A DNA stretch of 49,264 nucleotides from positions 20,249 to 69,512 of the forward strand of contig JAIDWS010000034.1 of NCBI GenBank assembly GCA_029059055.1, given 5' to 3'. The notes below the pieces were generated by a model. That model did not search any database and was not told the origin of the DNA. It saw nothing but the letters and a program-made list of their open reading frames with translations. The stretch is from Alphaproteobacteria bacterium. Its GTDB lineage: Bacteria > Pseudomonadota > Alphaproteobacteria > Rs-D84. Made by a program: the position numbers and the translations under genes. Of this stretch, positions 1 through 9,280 are shown piece by piece; positions within the stretch are counted from its first letter, which is position 1, and every line of letters begins with the position of its first letter.

Positions 1-272
1 GTGAACCTTGCCGCTTTCCTGGATTGCCGCGGTCGTTTCACTCCCTCGCAATGACAATGGGGACGCAGCGCCTGGCTCATTATCTCTCTTGTCATTGCGA
101 GCGAAGTGAAGCAATCCAGTAAATAGTGAACCTTGCCGCTTTCCTGGATTGCCGCGGTCGTTTCACTCCCTCGCAATGACAATGGGGACGCAGCGCCTGG
201 CTTTGTGTCTTGCCTGCTTCATCACACTTGTCATTGCGAGCAAGCGTAGCGCGCGTGGCAATCCAGTCAATA
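1..272. repeat. Tandem palindromic REP/RPE-like elements
   Basis: 1-77 is repeated exactly at 126-202. CTGGATTGC...CTCGCAATGACAA alternates with its inverse TTGTCATTGCGAG...GCAATCCAG. The same family recurs at 37962-38075. Confidence 0.85.
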
Positions 273-303
273 AAAGCGCCCGCCGAACGGCGGGGCACAA
301 AAC

Positions 304-332
304 AAAAAATCCCGCCGGTTGGCGGGATTTTT
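304..332. terminator. Bidirectional intrinsic terminator
   Basis: AAAAAATCCCGCC-GGTT-GGCGGGATTTTT just downstream of rlpA. Confidence 0.8.
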
Positions 333-336
333 CAAA

Positions 337-1209
337 TTAAATGCTGTCAGCATTGACCCAGCGACCGTTCTTTAACAGACCCGGTGCCATGCCTTCGTTA
401 CTGCGCAGGGCGTCAATCACACTGCGGGCCTTGGCCGCGTCCAGACCGACAATACGTACTTTGTACATATCCCCTTCCTTGACCACGGTGGCGTCGCCAT
501 ATGTGCGCATTCTGGCCGCCAATGCGTCCGCGCTGTCTTCGGCATAGAACGCCGCCAACTGAACGCTGTATTCGCCGCCCGATGTCGCAACCGGTTCAAC
601 CGTTACCGGGGTTGTCGTTGTCACTGTTTCGGTGACAGAATATGTCGTGGTCGCGCCCAATGTCGCGTTTTTCACCGCGATGGTCTGTTCCGGCAAAACC
701 TGAACCTGGACCTTGGACTGGCCGGTCATGCCGATTTTGCGGGCGGCCGCCGGGGACAAATCCATAATGCGGGTGTTAACAAACGGACCACGGTTGTTCA
801 CGCGAACAATGACAGAACTGCCGTTGTCCAAATTGGTGACGCGCGCGATTGTCGGCAACGGCAAAGTCTTGCTGGTGGCGACCATCTGGTTGATGTCAAA
901 TGTTTCACCATTGCTGGTTTTCGAACCGTTCAATTCGGACGGAATAATGCCCGCGATGCCGGTCTGGTTGTATGTCAAATCTTCGACCGGGATGTACTGA
1001 ACATCTTCGACCTTGTACGCGCTGCCGATATAATATTTCGGGGCGGCGGCCAACAAATATGTGTTATTTAATGTTTGATCTTCGCCGGTGACCAATACTT
1101 CTTCGCCAAAACCATCCGAACCGTAATCCGACCCAGACGGCTGGCCCGACGGGTTTGTACACGCTGCGACCAATGCGGTCAGCACAGCCAATGAAACAAT
1201 TTTCTTCAT
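337..1209 (-). CDS. rlpA: Septal ring lytic transglycosylase RlpA family lipoprotein
   Basis: Lipobox LVAAC; DPBB motif TLPLPT..RVTNLDNG..VIVRVNNRGPF...RIMDLS; C-terminal SPOR-like YSVQLAAF. Confidence 0.9.
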   Translation of the reverse strand: MKKIVSLAVLTALVAACTNPSGQPSGSDYGSDGFGEEVLVTGEDQTLNNTYLLAAAPKYYIGSAYKVEDVQYIPVEDLTYNQTGIAGIIPSELNGSKTSNGETFDINQMVATSKTLPLPTIARVTNLDNGSSVIVRVNNRGPFVNTRIMDLSPAAARKIGMTGQSKVQVQVLPEQTIAVKNATLGATTTYSVTETVTTTTPVTVEPVATSGGEYSVQLAAFYAEDSADALAARMRTYGDATVVKEGDMYKVRIVGLDAAKARSVIDALRSNEGMAPGLLKNGRWVNADSI

Positions 1210-1277
1210 GTGGGACTCCTTACATTCTTAATATTGATTTTATCATAAAAAAATCCCACATTCAACTGTATTTTATG

Positions 1278-2738
1278 TCAGATTTTCCGGTCGATAACCC
1301 ATGCCGCCGGCAGATATATTGCCCCGTATCCCGCAATCGCAATCCCCAACATCCAAATACTGGTGACCGGGACAAAACATAATCCAACCCCCAGGCCCGC
1401 CGCCAGCGCACCAAACGCCACCACCGCACGAATTGTCCGCCGGTCCGCCCGGAATAAATCACGCCGACGGCACGCACGCCCCAACAGATAATTTTTCAAA
1501 TATCCGCTGACCACGATGCCGACCGGAATCGCCAAATATCCCACCAACGGAAACGCCGCCACATAAATCAGTGCCGCCACCCCCAATGATATCATACTGG
1601 TGCGGACCGGGGTCCGAACATCCTGGGCCGCGTACAGTGTTTTACTGTACACCTGGCTGACCAACATGGCGGGTAAAACGAACACCTGAATCATAATGGC
1701 GGTTGCGACCGCATGGGTGGATTCGGCGGTCCATGCGCCGTATTCAAACAAATACCGGATAATCGGTTCGGCCAGCACAAACAGCCCCGCCACACACGGC
1801 AGTATCAGCATCAATGATTTGCGCAGCGATGAATTCTGTTGAATATGAACACTGCGCAGGTTTTTATCCGCCAACGCGTTGGATATTGACGACATTAATA
1901 CTGTCCCGACGGCCAACCCAATCATCGCAAAGGGCAACTGTACAATGCGGTCGGAATAATACAGCCATGACACAGCGCCGCTTTGGTAACTGGCGACCAA
2001 TGTGCCGACAATAATCGTGATTTGATAAAACCCACTGCCGACAATACTGATGGTCAAACGCCGAAACAGGCTTTTTATCCCCGGCGTCCATTTTGGCACC
2101 ACCAAATGCAATCCGAAATGACGCCGCCGTATCCGCCCCAGTAACACCAGACACTGAATCACGCCCGACAACACCACCGTCGCCGCCATGACATACAAAA
2201 TAATCCCATCGGCATAAAATGGCGCCGCCGCCAGTGCGGCAATCAGCATAATATTCAGCAGCACCGGCATAAACGCCGCCAACAAAAATCGTGAATGCGC
2301 ATTTAATATCGCCGACAAAAACGCCGCCCCGCACACAAAAATGACATAGAAAAACATAATGCGGGAAATCTGGACGGTCAGCTGCATCTTGCCCGGGTCA
2401 TCGGCAAACCCCGGTGCCAGTACCCAAATCACCAGTGGCATACAGATTTCAAACACCAGCGTTATCCCCAGCAACGCAACCATCAACCAAGAAAAGACGT
2501 TTTTCGCGAACGCGTCGTCTTTCTTTAAATCCGTGTACATGGGGATAAAGATGGCGGACAGTGCGCCTTCGCCCAGTAAATCGCGGAATAAATTCGGTAA
2601 CTTGAACGCCGCCAGAAACACGTCCGACAACCGCCCCGCCCCCAGATATCGCGCAATCAGCATGTCGCGAATAAATCCGAATATACGACTGATGCCGGTC
2701 ATGGCACCAACCCCGAAAATATGTTTGCCTAGTTTCAT
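1278..2738 (-). CDS. murJ: Lipid II flippase MurJ (MviN)
   Basis: SRIFGFIRD, AFKLPNLFR..GEGA and DRIVQLP motifs; many TM helices. Confidence 0.95.
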   Translation of the reverse strand: MKLGKHIFGVGAMTGISRIFGFIRDMLIARYLGAGRLSDVFLAAFKLPNLFRDLLGEGALSAIFIPMYTDLKKDDAFAKNVFSWLMVALLGITLVFEICMPLVIWVLAPGFADDPGKMQLTVQISRIMFFYVIFVCGAAFLSAILNAHSRFLLAAFMPVLLNIMLIAALAAAPFYADGIILYVMAATVVLSGVIQCLVLLGRIRRRHFGLHLVVPKWTPGIKSLFRRLTISIVGSGFYQITIIVGTLVASYQSGAVSWLYYSDRIVQLPFAMIGLAVGTVLMSSISNALADKNLRSVHIQQNSSLRKSLMLILPCVAGLFVLAEPIIRYLFEYGAWTAESTHAVATAIMIQVFVLPAMLVSQVYSKTLYAAQDVRTPVRTSMISLGVAALIYVAAFPLVGYLAIPVGIVVSGYLKNYLLGRACRRRDLFRADRRTIRAVVAFGALAAGLGVGLCFVPVTSIWMLGIAIAGYGAIYLPAAWVIDRKI

Positions 2739-2790
2739 GGTTTCGATTATACTCTGGTTTGAAAGATAAAATCAAGGCAGGAATAAACAC

Positions 2791-3537
2791 ATGAAAAAAG
2801 TATTTGCAATCTTGGGGGCGATGGCCGTACTGGCCGCGTGCGCCGGGTCCAAAGACACCGTTGTCCCGGACCAGACTTTGCCGGAATTATATGCAAACGC
2901 ATATGCGGAATTTAACAAAGAACATTATGAAACCGCCGCCACAGATTTCTTGGCGGTCGAAACCCAATATCCGGCCAGTCCCTGGGCCGCGGACGCATTG
3001 GTAATGGCCGCGTATTCCCAATATCTGGACAAAGATTTTGCCGGCGCCATCTTGGCCGCCGACCGGTTTATGCGATTCCACCCCGGACATGCGGATGTGC
3101 CGTATATCTTGTACCTGCGCGGGATGTGTTATTATCGCCAGGTCAGCGATGTGCGCCGCGAACCGGGCATGTCGGCGTACGCATTGCAACAATTTGAACA
3201 GCTGGTCGAACGATTCCCCCGTTCGGAATACGCGGAAAACGCAAAAAATAAAATCGCCATTTTGAAAAACTATATCGCGGGCAAAGTCATGTATGCCGCC
3301 CGCACAGACATGGCACGTGAAAACTGGCCCAGCGCGATTTCCCACCTGCAATCGGTGGTCACCGGCGCCCAGGAAACCGTCATGACACCAGAAGCCATGT
3401 TTCGCTTAACAGAATGCTATACCGCAATCGGATTGCCGGCCCAGGCATCCGGATATGCCGAAATGTTGCGCACCAATTTCCCAGATAACGAATGGACGAA
3501 AAAATTGGACGCCCCAACCAGCATTTGCGACAAATAA
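2791..3537 (+). CDS. bamD: Outer membrane assembly lipoprotein BamD
   Basis: Lipobox LAAC; TPR helices; YPASPWA, RFMRFHP..DVPYILYLRG and FPRSEYA motifs. Confidence 0.9.
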   Translation: MKKVFAILGAMAVLAACAGSKDTVVPDQTLPELYANAYAEFNKEHYETAATDFLAVETQYPASPWAADALVMAAYSQYLDKDFAGAILAADRFMRFHPGHADVPYILYLRGMCYYRQVSDVRREPGMSAYALQQFEQLVERFPRSEYAENAKNKIAILKNYIAGKVMYAARTDMARENWPSAISHLQSVVTGAQETVMTPEAMFRLTECYTAIGLPAQASGYAEMLRTNFPDNEWTKKLDAPTSICDK

Positions 3538-3585
3538 AAATCCCCCGCCGGGGGATTTTTTCTGGACACGGCCATAACACACGCT

Positions 3586-3975
3586 ATGATGGGACGTATG
3601 AAACAACTGACCGACCATGATATTGAACAGATGGGGAACACCGAATTTATCCCCGACGTTCGCGCCACCGTGCGCAGCGTGCGCGCAAATTTGCGCCTGG
3701 GGCAATTAATTCCGACGGAAACGCCCCACACACCACGATTTGCGCGGCTGGATTTGCATCATAATACAGAAGAACAGGCCTGGGCCAGAATCAATGAATT
3801 GGCCGACCGCGGCGTACGCGACGCCCAAATTATCACCGGCGCCAGTGGTATATTAAAAATCAAATTCCAGCAATGGGCCACCGCCAGTACTTTGGCCGAT
3901 AAAATCATATCTTGGGCACCGGTGAACAACGGCAGCTTTGTCGTCAAATTCCGGCGCCAACACACCACAAATTAA
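3586..3975 (+). CDS. Smr/MutS2-domain protein
   Basis: LDLH, IITGASGILK and NNGSF motifs of the Smr domain. Confidence 0.8.
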   Translation: MMGRMKQLTDHDIEQMGNTEFIPDVRATVRSVRANLRLGQLIPTETPHTPRFARLDLHHNTEEQAWARINELADRGVRDAQIITGASGILKIKFQQWATASTLADKIISWAPVNNGSFVVKFRRQHTTN

Positions 3976-5138
3976 AACGAAATTTTCAAATTAACATGCC
4001 CGCTGTGCGATGTGTAATCGCGACGCATATCCAATTGATATTCCAATCCAACAGAAAACATCGGCGCATACATACGCAATCCCAAACCGCCATTAAATGC
4101 CGCGCGACCGGGGGATTCGACCGGCATATCGTAACCTTGGCCACTTAATACATAAACGCGCACAGCATCATTTCCATGGCGCAGCGCGTCGTACGAACCG
4201 CCCACATGCAATGTCGGGCGCAACCGATAATCCGTCCCGACAAATTCATACCCGACCGTCACACCGGCCATGCCGGTAATCGTGTTAAAGAACCATTTTT
4301 CAAATGCCTGGGCGGCGGCATCAATGTGTTTGTCCGACCGGATATAAGTATACCGCGCACCGACCGACGGCGTCATACTGAACCGGCCACGCATTATCTG
4401 AACGCCGCCATCAATTTGCCCCGCCGCGTATTCGGTGTCAAAATCACCACTGTCCACAATGCCGGCCACGGTTTTATCATTGGCCCAGCGTGTTTTGCCC
4501 CCCATCACCGCCGCATTCATAAACAGCCCCCCGGCCCCCAGATATCGGGCCGACAATGTCAATCCGTTACTGACCGCGTCGGTATAAATACGTCCATGGT
4601 GCGTGTCGGTCATGCTGCGCGTGTATCCAATGCCCAGGGCGACGCCTTCGCTGACATATGTGTGGGCATGAACACTGACGCCGGTGGTGTCGGTTCGAAA
4701 ATCACCGTTGTGACGTGAATCAAAATCATTCACCCCGCCAAAGACCGTGCCGTCAATGGTAAATATCTGGTGGGCGGGAACGCATTTTTCATCAACCCAA
4801 TCGCATCCTGTGCGTCGCCGCGGCAACGGTCCCGCCATCGCCCCCAGTGCCACAGAAATATGCCGGTCGGTTTCAAACAGAGTTATCGCCGTATCATTAT
4901 GACCGATAATCGACACCAAATCATAAAACGTGGCCAAATCAGAATTGTGCGCATCCGCCATCTGCGCGGCGATTGCCCCGCCCGGCCCCACATTTCCCAA
5001 GATTGTCGCCCATGCATCCGCCACCCCGACCAAATAATCCGGCCCACCACCATGCGCCGCCGACACACCAAACGGCGTACGCGCCGCATGGGCAGCACCA
5101 CAGGACAACAATACGACAACAGGGAAAATATTTTTCAT
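3972..5138 (-). CDS. Autotransporter beta-domain outer membrane protein
   Basis: Signal peptide MKNIF...AAHA; amphipathic beta strands; ends YTSHSGHVNLKISF. Start chosen at MKNIF. Confidence 0.75.
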   Translation of the reverse strand: MKNIFPVVVLLSCGAAHAARTPFGVSAAHGGGPDYLVGVADAWATILGNVGPGGAIAAQMADAHNSDLATFYDLVSIIGHNDTAITLFETDRHISVALGAMAGPLPRRRTGCDWVDEKCVPAHQIFTIDGTVFGGVNDFDSRHNGDFRTDTTGVSVHAHTYVSEGVALGIGYTRSMTDTHHGRIYTDAVSNGLTLSARYLGAGGLFMNAAVMGGKTRWANDKTVAGIVDSGDFDTEYAAGQIDGGVQIMRGRFSMTPSVGARYTYIRSDKHIDAAAQAFEKWFFNTITGMAGVTVGYEFVGTDYRLRPTLHVGGSYDALRHGNDAVRVYVLSGQGYDMPVESPGRAAFNGGLGLRMYAPMFSVGLEYQLDMRRDYTSHSGHVNLKISF

Positions 5139-5203
5139 GACGCGCCTTGTTTTTTGATTATAATAAAATCCGATATACGAAAATTTAACAGGAACCATTT
5201 GCT

Positions 5204-6139
5204 ATGACCAAAGTCCAGACCGTTTATGACCATATCCGCCGCAATAATATCAAGACCATTGCACTGGTCTTGGGATTTCCATTAATCTTTGTCGCATTGA
5301 TATTTTTATTCGTCTGGATGGTCGCCCCCGCCGACCAGGCATTAAACACCACCATATCCGTCGCCATCCCCACGTTTATCGCATGCTTTATTTGGTTGGG
5401 GATATCGTGGGCGTTCGGGGATTCCATGATGCTGTCGTCGGCGCACGCCCATGAAATACACGATGACAATCCCGAATATCGCCAAATCTTTCGCCGTGTG
5501 GAAAACGTCGCATTGGCCGCGGGATTGCCGACACCACGGGTATATATCATTGATGATGACGGGATGAACGCATTTGCCACCGGGCGCAGCCCCCGCGACG
5601 CATCGGTCGCATTAACGCGCGGCATTATCAACGAATTGGATGGTCCGGAATTGGACGGGGTTATCGCCCATGAAATGGCCCATATCGGTAATCGCGACAT
5701 CCGATTGGACATGTTGCTGGTCACGGGCGTGGGCGTGACGGTATTTGCGGCGGACTTTATTTTACGCGCCATGATGGCGTCCAATAATAATCGCAGCCAG
5801 AACGACAAAAACAATGGTGCCGCCATTTTGATGATGGTGTGGTTGGCATTTATGGTATTTAATTGGATTATCACACCGATTTTGCGCATGGCGGTATCCC
5901 GCAATCGTGAATATGCGGCCGACGCCACCGGCGCCCAGATTACGCGCAACCCGCGCGCGTTGGCGTCGGCATTGGCCAAGATTACCAAAAACGCCCATGT
6001 GGCATGTCTGGCAAAGCAAAAATCGATGCACGCGGCATGTATCAGCAATCCCGGTGGCATGCGTGAATTTATGGGCGATTTGCTGGCCACACATCCACCG
6101 GTCGAACGTCGCATTGAACGTCTGGAATCAATGGCATAA
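5204..6139 (+). CDS. htpX: M48 zinc metalloprotease HtpX
   Basis: NAFATG, HEMAH, SRNREYAAD and THPP motifs. Confidence 0.92.
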   Translation: MTKVQTVYDHIRRNNIKTIALVLGFPLIFVALIFLFVWMVAPADQALNTTISVAIPTFIACFIWLGISWAFGDSMMLSSAHAHEIHDDNPEYRQIFRRVENVALAAGLPTPRVYIIDDDGMNAFATGRSPRDASVALTRGIINELDGPELDGVIAHEMAHIGNRDIRLDMLLVTGVGVTVFAADFILRAMMASNNNRSQNDKNNGAAILMMVWLAFMVFNWIITPILRMAVSRNREYAADATGAQITRNPRALASALAKITKNAHVACLAKQKSMHAACISNPGGMREFMGDLLATHPPVERRIERLESMA

Positions 6140-6159
6140 AAATCAAAGGATACACATCA

Positions 6160-6744
6160 ATGGCAAACCTGCACTTTCATTACGGAACCATGGGGTCGTC
6201 AAAATCGGCCCAACTGTTGATTAACGCATACAACCAAAACAAAAACGGGAACAAAACGGAAATATTAAAGCCCCAAACCGACACCCGTTTCAGCACCGAC
6301 CACGTGGATTCACGTATCGGCGGATTATCGGCACCGGCGACCGCATTGGCAAATTTAAATCAATACTGGCCCGCCACCGACACAAAAATGATACTGATTG
6401 ATGAAATCCAGTTCTTTGCACCATCGGACATTGACCGATTGGTCCGGATTGCAGATACAACACCGGTTATTGTCATGTGCTATGGATTAATGGTGGACAG
6501 TAACGAACAAATGTTCCCGGCATCACGCCGATTAATCGAAGTCGGCGCCAAACTGCACCGCATGGAATCGACATGCCAAATGCCGGGTTGCATGCGTCTG
6601 GCGACGCATCATTTGCGGTTTGATGCATCGGGGGCTGTGATTCGGGATGGCGACCAAATCTGTGTGGGCGATACCGCATTTAAATCGGTCTGTCGCCAGC
6701 ATTTTAATGCGATTTATCACAAATGGCATGCCCATACGAAATAA
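6160..6744 (+). CDS. tdk: Thymidine kinase
   Basis: YGTMGSSKS P-loop, IDEIQF, GLMVD, Zn-binding C..C and CR.H. Confidence 0.92.
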   Translation: MANLHFHYGTMGSSKSAQLLINAYNQNKNGNKTEILKPQTDTRFSTDHVDSRIGGLSAPATALANLNQYWPATDTKMILIDEIQFFAPSDIDRLVRIADTTPVIVMCYGLMVDSNEQMFPASRRLIEVGAKLHRMESTCQMPGCMRLATHHLRFDASGAVIRDGDQICVGDTAFKSVCRQHFNAIYHKWHAHTK

Positions 6745-6798
6745 ATCAAATATTTTCACTTGCAATCTGATTTATTTTGTATAGAATATAGAACCGTT

Positions 6799-6875
6799 GC
6801 GCCTATAGCTTAACTGGATAAAGCATCTGACTACGGATCAGAAGACTGAGGGTTCGAATCCTTCTGGGCGCGCCA
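6799..6875 (+). tRNA. tRNA-Arg(ACG)
   Basis: 77 nt cloverleaf; anticodon arm TCTGA-CTACGGA-TCAGA; GGTTCGAATCC T-arm; CCA end; upstream TTGCAA-N16-TAGAAT. Confidence 0.97.
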
Positions 6876-7345
6876 GTTAAATAAAAGAATGTCCCAACGG
6901 GGCATTTTTTTATTTAAACCCGTGAAACGGGATGGGTTCGAACCGTGGTTCGTCTGCGCAGTTGGCGAAAACAAGAGAAACGCAGTTTAAGCCATACGAG
7001 TGGAAAGGGACCCATCACGGCGCAACAGCGCCGTGATGGGAATTACAATCCGGCTGTCGCGCCAGAAATTCAACCGCCGTTTATCGGCGGTTTAATTTAT
7101 GTTGTGCGTACGGGATTTGAATCCGATACTGGGGTCGCCAAAACTTCATAATTGGGCAAGATTTTATTCCACAAACAAAATCAATAACATATTGAAAAAT
7201 CTTACTAAAAAATCAATTTTGCTTGCCGAATTTAATCGTACGGTTAAATTCAATGCAACTTTAACCCGAAAAACCGACCTGTGTCAAGGTGCTTTTACGC
7301 CGAATTTAACCGTAGGTTTTTATGCGTATACCACAAGGGTCGGGA

Positions 7346-7642
7346 ATGAGAAAAAAGGGATTATTATATCTTTGTAGTGGATGTATTGCGGCATTTACGT
7401 GCAACGTGACACATGGTGCAAAAATATGCAAAGTATACAGCTGTAATGTGGGATATTATGCTCTGGAATATTCTTGTCCCAGGTGCCCGTCGCTGGTGCG
7501 TGCCGACGGTAGTACGCAATATGGAACAACATCGGCGGCGGGGATGTCAGCTATTACTGCGTGCTATGTTCCGGCCGGCGTTAAGTATAAAGATGCCACC
7601 GGCCAGTTTGAATTCACATCAAACTGTAATTATTCACGATAA
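7346..7642 (+). CDS. Small secreted Cys-rich protein
   Basis: Basic then hydrophobic N-terminus; C..GYY....CPRCP; C-terminal CYVP...DATGQFEFTSNCNY. Confidence 0.7.
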   Translation: MRKKGLLYLCSGCIAAFTCNVTHGAKICKVYSCNVGYYALEYSCPRCPSLVRADGSTQYGTTSAAGMSAITACYVPAGVKYKDATGQFEFTSNCNYSR

Positions 7643-7657
7643 AAAAAGGGGGCAGTA

Positions 7658-8215
7658 ATGGCAAAACAGATAAAAAGCTTTTGGCTAAAATTAACCGCCT
7701 GTTTTCTAACATTGTATTTTGCACCGCTTGGGCATTTTATAATATCTTTGTTTGGTATTCGCAGCACCGATGGCAAGGCCTATGCGGGAACGGTATATTG
7801 CGACAACAATGCTGCAACCAAGACGGAATGTCCGGGGCACAGTGGAAATGTGGCAGGTGGCGAGACAATTCGATGTACGTGTCTTACGAATTCGTCAATG
7901 GTTAATGACCTGGAATGCATCCCTGAAGATCGTAACGCCTGGACTCATGAATATGAAGCAGCGCATTTTAAAGAGAGTGGCTGCTATTTGTTAAACAGGT
8001 GTTCTCCAAACGGGTCAACACAAGACTGTAGTACTGCATCGCAATATTGTACCCAGACCTGTACAGGCGGTGTCTGGGGGGTAAAAGTATGGGGTAATTG
8101 CAAGGCGGGATATATAAAAATCAATGGTTCTTGTATCGCGGAATGTTCTATTTCTAATGGCAAAGGGTATGAATATGAAGAATCATCGTCTTCGTCGTCA
8201 TCTTCTGAAATCTAA
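7658..8215 (+). CDS. Secreted or membrane-anchored Cys-rich protein
   Basis: SD-like GGGG; hydrophobic N-terminus; many Cys; CKAGY...GSC; poly-Ser tail within the overlap with the next gene. Confidence 0.7.
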   Translation: MAKQIKSFWLKLTACFLTLYFAPLGHFIISLFGIRSTDGKAYAGTVYCDNNAATKTECPGHSGNVAGGETIRCTCLTNSSMVNDLECIPEDRNAWTHEYEAAHFKESGCYLLNRCSPNGSTQDCSTASQYCTQTCTGGVWGVKVWGNCKAGYIKINGSCIAECSISNGKGYEYEESSSSSSSSEI

Positions 8216-8966
8216 TCTGTTTGTCCCGGCGTTTGTTTATAACCGACATCTGGATTCAACATTATGGGATGCAAATTTACAATTGCGAACGATACCGTCC
8301 AATTCACTCCAAATGATTGTATGGCACTATATCGCATATATGCAAAATGCTGGACTGGCCATCCGGGATGAAGACATTGCGGAAATTTTTTTGCATGGTT
8401 CTACGTCAAACTATTATTATGACGCCACCAGTGATATCGATATCTGTATTGTAATGGATACATCGCGGTTGGCCGCATCAATGCCGGGTGTTGATATATT
8501 TACTGTTACAACGGCAATGAAAATTGCGTGGATGCGCAAGCATAAAATTCGTATATATGGTCGTGGCGTTGATATCAGTATTGTTGATGTCCAGCACCCA
8601 AAATATGGCCCTGGTGTGTACAAGGTGGGACCCGCATATTCTTTACCACGCGATGTGTGGCTGCGGCGTCCCGTACGTATCGACGGAAAAGAAATCCGTA
8701 TTTTGCGGCGCCGCGCCCGGGACATATATCGTCGCTACAAGCGGCTGTTCCGCGAATGTTATAAAAACAAGATGTCTGATACATATCTTGATACATTCCT
8801 GTCGCGGCTGTGGTCCGAACGTCGCGCTGCCTATGACCGTGCCCCGCTTCAGCCTATAACGCCCGAAACAATGGCATTCAGAATGATGCGCCGCTGTGGC
8901 GTTTTGAACAAGATAAAAGAACGTCTGGATAAAATCCGAAATAAAAATTTTACGTTATCGGTGTAA
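8169..8966 (+). CDS. Pol-beta superfamily nucleotidyltransferase-like protein
   Basis: hGS...DxD motif LHGSTSNYYYDATSDIDI plus a later VDIS aspartate; start position uncertain. Confidence 0.7.
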   Translation: MNMKNHRLRRHLLKSNLFVPAFVYNRHLDSTLWDANLQLRTIPSNSLQMIVWHYIAYMQNAGLAIRDEDIAEIFLHGSTSNYYYDATSDIDICIVMDTSRLAASMPGVDIFTVTTAMKIAWMRKHKIRIYGRGVDISIVDVQHPKYGPGVYKVGPAYSLPRDVWLRRPVRIDGKEIRILRRRARDIYRRYKRLFRECYKNKMSDTYLDTFLSRLWSERRAAYDRAPLQPITPETMAFRMMRRCGVLNKIKERLDKIRNKNFTLSV

Positions 8967-9045
8967 AACCGCGGGGCATAAATTCACCCCCGCCGTGCAG
9001 ATTTTATTATTGCCAGAAATTTAATAAACGACTGTAATACTTTTT

Positions 9046-9258
9046 GAATCCACGGTTGTGGGTTCGGGACGTCGAAAATCCCTTATCTGGTCGGCATATT
9101 GTGTATGTCGTTATTTTGTGCGCGGCGCCTTGCCACGCCCCCCGACATTGGTCGGGTTGTTGCAGTTATACAACAGGGGCATCGCCCCAAAGGCTGCAAG
9201 GTCATTATCAGATATGATTTTTCGAACTTCCCGACCACCAGATTCTGGTGGTTTTCTT
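9046..9258 (+). ncRNA. C4-antisense-like structured leader RNA with terminator (copy A)
   Basis: Promoter TTGCCA-N17-TGTAAT at 9010-9038; main stem TGGTCGGG (9149-56)/CCCGACCA (9230-37); TCGAAAA/TTTTCGA and TATCTG/CAGATA complementarities; terminator ACCACCAG-ATT-CTGGTGGT-TTTC. Confidence 0.6.
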
Positions 9259-9280
9259 TGATAACCAAAGGATGGAAGAA

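Noticed and set aside
1-340. CRISPR array, or the short ORFs 92-298 and 149-340
   Set aside because: The units are long palindromes without regular 25-45 bp repeat/spacer periodicity and no cas genes are present; the ORFs simply read through the repeats
7232-7247. CtrA box
   Set aside because: Spacing is TTAA-N8-TTAA, not the canonical N7
8181-8206. Poly-Ser microsatellite as a phase-variation tract
   Set aside because: Mixed TCN codons rather than a pure repeat; explained by overlap with the next reading frame
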